Source of the DNA: Candidatus Thorarchaeota archaeon
Lineage (GTDB): Archaea; Asgardarchaeota; Heimdallarchaeia; Hodarchaeales; Hodarchaeaceae
Length of the DNA: 32,000 nucleotides
Assembly: GCA_048882505.1 (NCBI GenBank)
Contig: JBHLRO010000008.1
Location: forward strand, 1 to 32,000
Reading direction: 5' to 3'
Part shown: positions 1 through 9,298 of the stretch, one piece after another
Numbering within the stretch: position 1 is the first letter of the stretch
Layout: every line of letters begins with the position of its first letter
Notes under the pieces: generated by a model
Told to the model about the DNA's origin: nothing
Database searches by the model: none
Seen by the model: only the letters and a program-made list of their open reading frames with translations
Translations under genes and position numbers: made by a program

Positions 1-125
1 GCTGTCAAGACTTTTTGCAGCATTGTGTCAAAATCATGCTTTATAAATGCCCTCGTGACCGTAACGACCGCCTCAAGCTGACGTTTGATTTGCCTGTCTT
101 CCGTTACGTCATCTTGATCTTCCAT
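1..125 (-). CDS. Partial hypothetical protein (N-terminus only, runs off window start)
   Basis: ATG at 125 opens a stop-free frame to the edge (MEDQDDVTEDRQIKRQLEAVVTVTRAFIKHDFDTMLQKVLTA), preceded by GGTAAGG; same strand as, and 85 nt downstream of, the GTPase gene. Not in ORF track. Confidence 0.45.
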   Translation of the reverse strand, partial: MEDQDDVTEDRQIKRQLEAVVTVTRAFIKHDFDTMLQKVLT

Positions 126-210
126 GGACCTTACCAGCCATGCTTATATTACCTGGATCTGATTAACTAAAAGAAAACAATTATCAAAGATATTGAAGGA
201 AGTTTGATAA

Positions 211-1152
211 CTAATTCATGTCTAATACTAGTTCATTCTCTGCATTAATTCCCGAATTGAGTAGAGCTTCCAAAAGGGGCATAATACCTTCACCTGTGAG
301 AGTCTCAGTTGCGAAAACCTTATTAGCGGGAACTTGGAATCTACGGGCAATAAACCTTTTTAAATCCTTCACAGTACTCAAATCCTTTTTATTTGCTGCT
401 ATACAATATGGTTTGTCCCAAAAAGTACGTAAATCCAGAAAACATTCTTGAGCCTTTTGCATTTGATCCCGCTTTGAACAATCAACAAAGAAAATGAATG
501 CATCAGAAATCTGATTAAATAAATACCAAAAAGGTTGGAAGCTGCTGCTTAGGTCAATGAAACGTAAACCAAAAGGAATTTCCTTAATCTCTGCTACTTC
601 TACCATTTCTAGTAGCCTGGTGGGTCTATAAGTGGCGAATTCTCTTAACTGCTGTCCATTTGTAAAAAATCGTGTGAAAGTTGTCTTTCCTGACTGAGCT
701 AGGCCCGTTAATGCAACAGTTACACGCGGTATGGCGTCTACCACGGCAAGAACAGTTCTACAAAGGAATTCGAAATCTCCTATCCGTTTGTATTGATCAT
801 AAGACGAGATATTTGAAACAGTTCTCGAAAGTACCACCAAAAATTTCCGAATTTTGTGTATGGCCATATTAGAGGTGGCGGTAGCCACCAAAAGGTTTGG
901 TCCAACAGATTGAAAAGCAATTAATTTGTCCTGATGTATTATAATCTGATTGGAAGGATCTTTCGCTTGTAAGGTACGAATGAAAGGTAAAATTTCTAAT
1001 ATGCTTGATTCTAGAGCAAATCCCATGGTAGATAGAACTACTGAATCGTTTGAATCTAATAGCTTGACTGAAAGCAATGTCACTGTTTCCACATTCGTAC
1101 CATCAGTTTGTAAATCCATTGGTTTCTTTGATAAGATTATGACTCTGTTCAA
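211..1152 (-). CDS. Arf-like small GTPase with N-terminal longin-like domain
   Basis: G1 GLAQSGKTT, G2 YRPT, degenerate G3 IDLSSS, FIFFVDCS, G4 ANKKD, TGEGI; ~135-aa N-terminal extension with a longin-like beta/alpha pattern. Track start 1152 is TTG; alternative ATG at 1119. Confidence 0.85.
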   Translation of the reverse strand: MNRVIILSKKPMDLQTDGTNVETVTLLSVKLLDSNDSVVLSTMGFALESSILEILPFIRTLQAKDPSNQIIIHQDKLIAFQSVGPNLLVATATSNMAIHKIRKFLVVLSRTVSNISSYDQYKRIGDFEFLCRTVLAVVDAIPRVTVALTGLAQSGKTTFTRFFTNGQQLREFATYRPTRLLEMVEVAEIKEIPFGLRFIDLSSSFQPFWYLFNQISDAFIFFVDCSKRDQMQKAQECFLDLRTFWDKPYCIAANKKDLSTVKDLKRFIARRFQVPANKVFATETLTGEGIMPLLEALLNSGINAENELVLDMN

Positions 1153-1347
1153 GTAAACTAATGGCCAACCCCCTTAAAAAAAACCACCTGAAGAATTCAT
1201 CCGAAGAATTCGTTATGATCGTAATTTGTTACACTTTGTTTAAAGACGATATAAACTGTCACCCATATAACCAAAAAGTAACTTTCCCCAGATAACGGAT
1301 TGAAAAGTAAGAAAAAAGAAAGGTTATCTAAGATAAATAACCTTAAA

Positions 1348-2628
1348 TTATGCCATTTTTACCATTGTATTTATTGTACGCGAACCAATCAACAATTGGA
1401 CGTTCCTTGTCCCTCCTACAACCTCGGAAATTTCTGATAATCCTTGATACATAGGCATCCTTGTCTGGTCAGTCACACCGGTACCACCCATGGCATGCAT
1501 TAGTTCGTAGCACAATTCATGATTTAAATATGCGCAATACTCCTTCATGTGGGAGGCTGTGGCGACGAAAGGATTCATTGTGACTGGAATTCCAACCAAC
1601 TCATGTGCTTTTGCATCGTAAGTCTCAGCAAGTTTGAGGAGTGCCATAGTAACCATCGAAAGACGCGCATGGTATTTAGCCATAACGCTCATGCCAATGG
1701 CCTGATGTCTCAATATTTTTTCACCGAATTGCTTTCTAATTGTTGTATAAATTGATGCCAGGGTGAAGGCACCCCACATATTTCCTACGCATTCTGCCGC
1801 AATTCCGATTCTTTCGGGCACCAATCCTTCAAAAAGGATCTCGTAACCTTTCCCATCATCGCCAGTGACGTAATCAAAGGGAATAAGAGCATCCTCGAAT
1901 ATAGTTTTTCCAATGTGAACCTTCGAAACAGAAGGGATACCTAATCTCTCTGCCCTAAATCCACGATTCCATTCTTTGTGTGAAACTCCTTGAACCATGG
2001 TACTGCGTGGATCCTCGTCGTTATACACGGCATAGACTGCGCACATATCAGCTTTCGGAGAATTTGTGGTATAACACTTTGTACCATTGATTACAATACC
2101 ATCGTCTGCCTTTTCCGCTTTCACTGTCATGTTAACGGCATCAGATCCACGATTAATTTCTGTAATCCCGATACATCCAATTTTGGTTCCATCGAATAAT
2201 CCCTCGAGGTCTTTGCGGAGGGGTTCAGGATTGTCTTTTTCCTTATAGTGATGAGCGATTGGATTTATGTTAAGGACTGAAGCGCCGAGAGCCATGGAAA
2301 ACTGTGGATTAAAAATATCCATGGTCCACTGTCTGAGAATTTCGGGTTTCAAACCGATCTTGAGATCATCACGGTGGGGGTACTCAGTTGACCTATTTAT
2401 GAGGCCATGCCTCCCTGCCCATGGAAACCAATCATAAACGTCCGCATTGTTATGGCCAGGAACGCCGCCAATCTTTTCGTCCTGTTCTAAACATAGATGT
2501 TGAATTTCTTGGACGAATTGCTTATCCTCCTCCTCAAGTAACATCATGAAATTAGCATTGAAGACAGCGTACTGTCGCTCCAGACTCATTGCATTCAAGA
2601 TGTCATCTTCAAGTAATTGAGTTTTCAT
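1348..2628 (-). CDS. Acyl-CoA dehydrogenase family protein
   Basis: GITEINRGSDA, INGTKCYTTN, PERIGIAA, RKQFG, MHAMGGTG, VVGGT motifs. Confidence 0.9.
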   Translation of the reverse strand: MKTQLLEDDILNAMSLERQYAVFNANFMMLLEEEDKQFVQEIQHLCLEQDEKIGGVPGHNNADVYDWFPWAGRHGLINRSTEYPHRDDLKIGLKPEILRQWTMDIFNPQFSMALGASVLNINPIAHHYKEKDNPEPLRKDLEGLFDGTKIGCIGITEINRGSDAVNMTVKAEKADDGIVINGTKCYTTNSPKADMCAVYAVYNDEDPRSTMVQGVSHKEWNRGFRAERLGIPSVSKVHIGKTIFEDALIPFDYVTGDDGKGYEILFEGLVPERIGIAAECVGNMWGAFTLASIYTTIRKQFGEKILRHQAIGMSVMAKYHARLSMVTMALLKLAETYDAKAHELVGIPVTMNPFVATASHMKEYCAYLNHELCYELMHAMGGTGVTDQTRMPMYQGLSEISEVVGGTRNVQLLIGSRTINTMVKMA

Positions 2629-2851
2629 TTTTAGATCCCAACTAGTTCTAAGATTGTTTTTCGTGTGTTAGAGAGTCTTTCGTCCACGAATCTTTTTAAG
2701 GCTTTTTTAGATATTAATTAAATACAAATGGGTTACTCGGCGTAATCCGTATTCGAATTTTAACACTAATACCGCATTCCTTCTATTTTCCGCATATAAT
2801 TCTTTTAATGGGGAGAAGAAGAGAGCCAGATGTAACTAATGTCGGAGTGTC

Positions 2852-4645
2852 GTGTCAATGACTACGAAATGGGATTTAACATTTTTATATCAAGGTACGA
2901 ATGACCCCCAGATCCAAATAGATTTGAAACGAGCAGAAGAAACTGCCCAAACACTAGAAAGAAAGTACCGTGGCAAAATACAAAGCGGGGAAATTTCCTC
3001 AAACGAGCTCCTGGATTTCTTTCAAAAGGTGGAAGAAATTTACACAATTTTATCCAAAGCTGGAGGATTTGCTTCTCTATTATTTGCCCAAGAAACAACT
3101 AATGATGATTTCAAAAAACTAGACACTGAAATTCAAGGGAAATCAGTGGAAATTCGCAATCAATTAATTTGGGGTGAGTTGGAGATTGGAAAGATGAGTG
3201 ATAATGTTGTGAAGACGTTTACTTCCGATCCCATATTAAAGAATTACCACCATTTCATTAAAGTCCTACGTCTTTCTAAGCCATATATGCTTGAAGAAAA
3301 AGTAGAACAAGCCCTTTCGTGGAAAAGATTAGTGGGAGCTTCTGCTTGGTACAAGTTTTATAGCGAATATACTTCTGCATTTCGATTCGACATAGAAATC
3401 AATGGAGAAACGAAAACCCTATCACCTGGAGAGATCCGTCCTCTCTTTCACGACCCAGATGCGCTGGTCAGGGAGAAGGCATTCCGAGCATATTACCAGA
3501 AGTATGCAGATGAATCGATTGCAATCACTCACACATTTAACAATATTTGGAAGGACCATTCCCAAAACAAGTCACTTAGAAATTGGCCAGAGACGATGAC
3601 CGTTGCTCACCTTCGAAATCAAACGGATGAAGAAATCGTTATGAAAATGATCGAAGTAGTGAGAAAGAATTTCGGGCTTGTCCAAGACTATTACAAAGCT
3701 AAGGCAAAACTACTTGGAAACGGGAACCGAATCAAGGGATCAGATCTTTATGCGCCGATCGGGAAAACGGTGAAATATTCATGGGCGGAAGCTAAAAAAA
3801 TGGTTTTAGATTCTTACACTGATTTCGATAGTAAAATGGGGGAATTAGCGCAGGGTATCTTTGACAGAAACCGTATCGATTCAGAAGTTAGGAAGAATAA
3901 AATGACAGGAGCGTTTTGTGCAGGGATAAATCCAGAGCTCGACCCAGTGATTCTTATGTCCTTTGATGAAACACCTGATTCCGTTATGACGCTAGGACAT
4001 GAGATGGGTCATGCCCTCCACGATCTATTTGCTGGTCAAAAACAAACTAAATTGAACTATTCTCCACCTCTGGTAACCGCGGAAACTGCGAGCGTATTTG
4101 GTGAACAAATTGTAATTGAAAGATTATTGAAGGAGTTTACAGACGAGGAAGGAAAACTAAAGATCTTAGGCCGAATTCTTGAGGATGCCATTCTTACTAT
4201 TTCTCGCCAAGTAATGTACATTGGATTTGAGAAGGAATGTCATGAAACAGGAGGATCAAGAAGCCTTTCGGGACAAGAGATGTGTGATATTTGGGATAAA
4301 CATGTTCGTGAGACCTATGGTGAAGTAGTCGATTTCTTACCGGAACAGTCATGGAATTGGTCCACGATTCCCCATTTCATCACTACACGGTTCTATTGTT
4401 ACGCTTACAGTTTTGGTATGCTATTTGTCCTTGGTTTATATCAGAAATACTTGGAAGAAGGCGAGAAGTTCATCCCACATTATAAAGCAATCCTTCAGGC
4501 TGGGGGTTCGCAATTTCCTATTGCCTTGGCCGCATCGGTAGGGATTGACTTAACAGATGAGAAATTTTGGCAGGCTGGATTCGAATACCTTCAAAACCTC
4601 CTTTCGGAGTTTCGATCTTTGGTTGAAAAACAAGCGAGATCTTGA
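2852..4645 (+). CDS. pepF: Oligoendopeptidase F (M3B metallopeptidase)
   Basis: N-terminal WDLTFLY, GAFC, HEMGH zinc motif, AETAS, PHF..FYCYAYSFG; 597 aa. Confidence 0.93.
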   Translation: MSMTTKWDLTFLYQGTNDPQIQIDLKRAEETAQTLERKYRGKIQSGEISSNELLDFFQKVEEIYTILSKAGGFASLLFAQETTNDDFKKLDTEIQGKSVEIRNQLIWGELEIGKMSDNVVKTFTSDPILKNYHHFIKVLRLSKPYMLEEKVEQALSWKRLVGASAWYKFYSEYTSAFRFDIEINGETKTLSPGEIRPLFHDPDALVREKAFRAYYQKYADESIAITHTFNNIWKDHSQNKSLRNWPETMTVAHLRNQTDEEIVMKMIEVVRKNFGLVQDYYKAKAKLLGNGNRIKGSDLYAPIGKTVKYSWAEAKKMVLDSYTDFDSKMGELAQGIFDRNRIDSEVRKNKMTGAFCAGINPELDPVILMSFDETPDSVMTLGHEMGHALHDLFAGQKQTKLNYSPPLVTAETASVFGEQIVIERLLKEFTDEEGKLKILGRILEDAILTISRQVMYIGFEKECHETGGSRSLSGQEMCDIWDKHVRETYGEVVDFLPEQSWNWSTIPHFITTRFYCYAYSFGMLFVLGLYQKYLEEGEKFIPHYKAILQAGGSQFPIALAASVGIDLTDEKFWQAGFEYLQNLLSEFRSLVEKQARS

Positions 4646-4676
4646 GCACTCAATATATGTCTTTTCACACCATTCC

Positions 4677-4690
4677 AGGCTTATAAGCCT
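4677..4690. repeat. Perfect 14-bp palindrome AGGCTTATAAGCCT between convergent genes
   Basis: Read directly; a second hairpin CCAGAT-N7-ATCTGG lies at 4727-4745, followed by A6. Confidence 0.6.
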
Positions 4691-4823
4691 CTTTCCCTGG
4701 GTTTCATTCAATGCTAGAGATTACGCCCAGATTGAATAGATCTGGAAAAAACGGAGCGATGGGCATCGGATATTATGTAAATCTATCTTCGCTGTTTTTT
4801 TGGCTGTACCCATGCTACTGGGT

Positions 4824-7800
4824 TTATTCTAATTTTTTTCTATAATAAGATCCCGTGAAATACACGAGAATTGATGCAACTATAAGTATAGAGAAAATAG
4901 TGTCCTCTATTGATTGTTTGGGGATGATTGTGACGCTAACAATATCAAAATCGCTGATAGTATAGGTGCGGCTCGAAAAGATATCGTTAAGCTGGTGAAT
5001 AACAGTGAGATTTTCGTCCACAATCATGATTGACCTCAGGTGAAGAGTAAACTGATTAGCGGCAGATGGCAAGGAAAGAATACGGGAGGACGAAATAACC
5101 ACAGGGATTTCATGGCGGCCGCTTTCTAAGAATTCTTCGGGAGTAATGACTGTTACGTCGTAATAATTGTCGTCATCCTCGAAATCTATTTCTATTTGCA
5201 CGTACAAGGAATATAATGCCGCTTTATTGACACTAACCATCACTGTTATAGCTATTTCTTCAAATTCTGAGTCGAAATCCAGATTATTAGCTATCTCCCA
5301 GAATATTCCTGTTAGGTATGCATCTGGAGGATCAAATTGGCTGTAGGAATAGATTGAGGTTTGGTACGGGTGAACGAGTACATCGAGAAGATTTTCCTGA
5401 ACATCGTATAGTCTTAAGCGCCACAAAAAGTAACTAGTATCATCGAAAAGCAAGTATAAATAAGGAGACGGAAGTACAATCGATATATTGTGGATCCCTT
5501 CCTCCCACACAACATCAGGTGATTCGTCTAAACCAATAATGTCAGGGTCTAGACGCCATTCTTCCTCCTGTAAATTTAGTTCATAATGGTACAGGGCTGG
5601 TTGAGAAACATTGACCTCACAAGCAATAACCAATTCATCAAATTTACCATTTAGATCGGTATCGACCCCATAATCCCATATATTACCAGTTAAAAACGCA
5701 TTTGGGGGATCAAATTCCTCATATTGGTAGTATTGGCTAACGTATGGATGTTCTAACCAATCAATTCTGTTTCCATCGGAAAAAATCTCACACCAAAACT
5801 CATACGCAGAATCTAGGCCTAATGAATGGGCTAAGGTTACATAGATTGGTATCGTGACATTTCTAACACCTTTGGACATTAGCGAACTCGACGATCCACC
5901 AAAATCTGACCACCAGACGTTTATAAACGGCCTAACATTGAACTCGACGAAAATCCAGGCGCTTTCAGTGACGTTCACCTCCACAGTAAAGAGGAGCTCG
6001 TTTATCAAGCCATCTAGATCTGTGTCAACCCCAGTACTCCATATCCGACCAGTAAAGAAAGCGGTAGGAACTTCAAAATCCCTATAATGATACCGATTTG
6101 TAACATACGGGGTATCAACAGAATCCAGTAAATCATACTCTTGTGAATGGCGAACAAACGCCTCGGTGATTACAAAGGACGTATTCAGCCTTAGGGGAAA
6201 TATGTACCTTGCTCCAAAGGAAAAGTTGATATTATGTATCCCACGCCCCCATTGACCCTGAGCATCCATATAACCTCCCTCTATCCATCTCTGGTTCGAT
6301 TGATATGGAGAAATGGACAATTCCAGACGGTAATTTCCCGGTGCAGTCACGTTTATCTCTATTGAAAAGATCAAGGCTTCAAAAAGGCCGTTATTATCGA
6401 TATCTCGACCAATATCAGTATATTTTCCCGTGAAATAAACAAAAGGACGGCGGAATTGCGAATAACCATACTCCTGGGTAGTATAAACATCATAAGCAAT
6501 ATCATGAATTCTGTCAAATAGGTCTCGTATCCTAACGATCTCATACCGGAAAGATGAGTCTTTATGGAGACGAAAGATATCTTCGCCGCTCATGGAAAAG
6601 CTGATGTTTTGGATCCCTTTGGAGTATGGATATTGGGCTGATATAGAGAAACTGCGACGAGCTTCCTCCATTGAACCGTTTTGATCGAATGGGACAATCT
6701 CCAGCTCGAACCGAAAATCACTCGGAAAGGTAATGTTCACTTCCATAATAAGAACTAATTCCTCATACCTCCCGTCTGCATTTATATCAGTCGGAATATC
6801 CCAATAATTTCCAGTGAAAAGGGCTATAGGTTCAGGAAAATCCGTAAAATTATATATTTGCGTAACATAGGGGTATTCAGCTCGAAAATAATAGTTCCAG
6901 GAATCATGAATAGCGAATCTGATAATTTCAAAGGACGAATTCTCATAGAGAGAATAAAGCGAATTGGTTTCAAATTCAAATGTAACATTATGGATTCCTT
7001 TTCCAAAATATCGCTCCACCTCTTTCCATTGATCCCAATCACCATCATCTTTGGCGACAGGGTGAATAGCCAATTCATATTGATAAACACGGGGTTCCGA
7101 AATGTTCACTTCCACCACTATCACCAATCCTTCGAATTTTCCGTCTATATCACTGTCTACTCCCCAATCCCAGAACCTCCAAGTAGAGCTAGCTGTATGC
7201 ACGCCAAACTCTTCAAGATCATATTTCTTTGTTGTATAAGGATCCGTCAGGTATTGGTGCTCAACGTTATAAAAACTGAGTATTGTATAGCTCACGTTGT
7301 AGGTACCTGATAGTTCTCGAATCGTGAAATCTCTGGTAGGAAACGAAACCTCAATTACCTCATCTCTAGGGGTCAAAAACCCGTTCCAGTAGGTATCCAA
7401 TCCTGAGGTTGAACCAGGAAATGGACTTGCTTCCCCTAGATATATCCTCAAATCATATTGACCCGGATCAACGACATGAATATTCAATCGGAGGACAAGT
7501 TCGTCATAATATTGATCGCCATCGGAGTCTCTCCCAAAATCATAAAAACCAGTGATTTCGGCACTTGGTCTTTCAAATTCAGTATATTGATATGCGTTGG
7601 TTGTGTAGTTGACAGTGAAGCTTATTTCGGACAATTCCCACCATCCTTCATATGTGAAAACACCAGCTTGCACGACAAAGGGGCCGTTTACTCTATTCGC
7701 CCTGATTGGCTGACCAGCAAATGAAAGAGTAATATTTCCGTTCTGGATTCCCTGTCTGTCCTTTCCTATTAGAATACCGTTACTGTCTCTTAGCACTCCA

Positions 7801-8090
7801 TAAATGCCATCAATGTTTCCGGTATTATTAATCCTCCCTAAATCAACCATTAAACGGTTATATAGTCCATTATTGTCATCATCAATTGAATAGTCTCTCC
7901 ATGAGATATTTTCGAGCAGTAAATTTTGATTATTCTCTATAGATAGGCCTGGAGGTTTAGGTTGATTCCTTAATGGATCCATTAATCTTGAATCTTCGAG
8001 ATCATCTTCAGAAGAGGAAAACAGAGTTGTAAAAAACGAGCCAGAGGAGATCAAAACCAAAACAATCAGAAATCGTTGCAAGTACTTCAT
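4824..8090 (-). CDS. Large secreted, C-terminally anchored repeat protein (8 x ~124-aa repeats with DxDxDG motifs)
   Basis: Signal peptide MKYLQRFLIVLVLISS (ATG 8090; track starts at ATG 8111); repeats of D-x-D-x-D/N-G..LvvxVEVNI..PYxTxxY..F..P; C-terminal TM helix followed by RKK. Confidence 0.85.
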   Translation of the reverse strand: MKYLQRFLIVLVLISSGSFFTTLFSSSEDDLEDSRLMDPLRNQPKPPGLSIENNQNLLLENISWRDYSIDDDNNGLYNRLMVDLGRINNTGNIDGIYGVLRDSNGILIGKDRQGIQNGNITLSFAGQPIRANRVNGPFVVQAGVFTYEGWWELSEISFTVNYTTNAYQYTEFERPSAEITGFYDFGRDSDGDQYYDELVLRLNIHVVDPGQYDLRIYLGEASPFPGSTSGLDTYWNGFLTPRDEVIEVSFPTRDFTIRELSGTYNVSYTILSFYNVEHQYLTDPYTTKKYDLEEFGVHTASSTWRFWDWGVDSDIDGKFEGLVIVVEVNISEPRVYQYELAIHPVAKDDGDWDQWKEVERYFGKGIHNVTFEFETNSLYSLYENSSFEIIRFAIHDSWNYYFRAEYPYVTQIYNFTDFPEPIALFTGNYWDIPTDINADGRYEELVLIMEVNITFPSDFRFELEIVPFDQNGSMEEARRSFSISAQYPYSKGIQNISFSMSGEDIFRLHKDSSFRYEIVRIRDLFDRIHDIAYDVYTTQEYGYSQFRRPFVYFTGKYTDIGRDIDNNGLFEALIFSIEINVTAPGNYRLELSISPYQSNQRWIEGGYMDAQGQWGRGIHNINFSFGARYIFPLRLNTSFVITEAFVRHSQEYDLLDSVDTPYVTNRYHYRDFEVPTAFFTGRIWSTGVDTDLDGLINELLFTVEVNVTESAWIFVEFNVRPFINVWWSDFGGSSSSLMSKGVRNVTIPIYVTLAHSLGLDSAYEFWCEIFSDGNRIDWLEHPYVSQYYQYEEFDPPNAFLTGNIWDYGVDTDLNGKFDELVIACEVNVSQPALYHYELNLQEEEWRLDPDIIGLDESPDVVWEEGIHNISIVLPSPYLYLLFDDTSYFLWRLRLYDVQENLLDVLVHPYQTSIYSYSQFDPPDAYLTGIFWEIANNLDFDSEFEEIAITVMVSVNKAALYSLYVQIEIDFEDDDNYYDVTVITPEEFLESGRHEIPVVISSSRILSLPSAANQFTLHLRSIMIVDENLTVIHQLNDIFSSRTYTISDFDIVSVTIIPKQSIEDTIFSILIVASILVYFTGSYYRKKLE

Positions 8091-8175
8091 AGATGACCAT
8101 CGACAATCCATGAGCTACTCTTCATGCTTTAAACATAAATTATATATTTGCATAGATGATTTATTCAAAACCTTC

Positions 8176-9213
8176 CTAGTTTGAACTCGCCTCTTCGTAG
8201 TAACGGACAAGAAGTAATAATACCCGAGTCGTCCAATCAATATATCGATTACGTCTTCGCCTCCAATTTTCCGACAATGGTAAAAACCTGGAGGTAGGAA
8301 TTCTTTCTCCAAAATCCCAAAAATTATCAGCTTTTTGAATTTCCCATAGCCAGGTTATAGTTCTCCCTGCGGCCCTTTGCCAGCTCGGGAACCTTGAGAG
8401 GATTTCCTGGGATGTAAACCAGGCTTCGACGGAGGGAGGACGAGAAAGATTAGGTTTCACGTTTACTGGAACCCCCACATATCCAAGCCCTTTCTTGTTA
8501 CGCCATAGCCAATTGAAAAATCTCTTTTCAAGTAAGTTTGGAAGCTGATCCGCCCTTGATCCAAGTAAGGTTACCAGATATTTATTGTTTGCATGTAAAT
8601 AATGAAGATTATTCTTTGGCACAACTAGTCCATGGATATCCCTATGGGCTTGAACTTCTTTTAACACCGAATACTCCCCTGATCCAAAAGTTGCTTTAAT
8701 TATCTCTATCCATTGATGCCAAATTGGAGTGAGGATTGGATCCGTGGGTTGAACTAGTGCGAGGATTGAAGCCACGAATAGGCGGGTACCGATCGGCCAT
8801 CGTTCATTTTTTTCTTCAGGATCTGGAAAGCGGACGTTACCCTTAATGAGTTGATGCAAGTATTCAATTACTCGTTTGATAACTATGTCTTCCAAATTTA
8901 AACCCAAACTTACAGCTCGTTCAACACCCCATTCAGTTGTTCCAATCTTCTGCCTTTTCATGGTATTTAATGAGTGAAACCTACCCCAGCTTCCGTCTGG
9001 ACGTTGCTCCTGCTCAAGAATATCTATCCATCTGCTCCTTCTTAGATCATTTTTAGCATCTATAAGGCTTTTGGTCGTTTTTGAGACCATTAGCACGTCT
9101 CTGATTATTCTAACCTGTACCACTGGATCGGGATTGAGTGCCAGAGTTGCTCGAGCGATTTCCTTAATGAATTCAAGGCCTTGAATCTTCAGTCCCTCTA
9201 TGTTGGCAATCAA
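8176..9213 (-). CDS. Hypothetical protein, probable prenyltransferase/squalene-cyclase-like alpha/alpha toroid (QW motifs)
   Basis: EQRPDGSWG and IQKADNFWDFG resemble QxxDGxW repeats; no DxDD motif; TTG start, uncertain. Confidence 0.6.
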   Translation of the reverse strand: MIANIEGLKIQGLEFIKEIARATLALNPDPVVQVRIIRDVLMVSKTTKSLIDAKNDLRRSRWIDILEQEQRPDGSWGRFHSLNTMKRQKIGTTEWGVERAVSLGLNLEDIVIKRVIEYLHQLIKGNVRFPDPEEKNERWPIGTRLFVASILALVQPTDPILTPIWHQWIEIIKATFGSGEYSVLKEVQAHRDIHGLVVPKNNLHYLHANNKYLVTLLGSRADQLPNLLEKRFFNWLWRNKKGLGYVGVPVNVKPNLSRPPSVEAWFTSQEILSRFPSWQRAAGRTITWLWEIQKADNFWDFGERIPTSRFLPLSENWRRRRNRYIDWTTRVLLLLVRYYEEASSN

Positions 9214-9298
9214 GGGTAAACTGAATAAACTTTGAATCTATTTTAACGTATCAATTTCCCTATATCTTGAACAGTAAGCGTATTAATCTGGCAAAATG

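Noticed and set aside
1190-1211. GAAGAATTC direct repeat (1190, 1203)
   Set aside because: Only two 9-mers; compatible with chance and no supporting context.
2721-2753. Hairpin GGGTTAC-TCGGC-GTAATCC in the divergent acd/pepF gap
   Set aside because: Short stem with a G-U pair; no family-specific RNA features.
8115-8312. 65-aa ORF overlapping the 3' end of the QW-motif gene
   Set aside because: Out-of-frame overlap; its tail covers the TATA-containing promoter region of the next gene.
8176-9213. Calling this a functional class II terpene cyclase
   Set aside because: No DxDD motif and too short for beta-gamma cyclases; only the QW-like motifs are supported.
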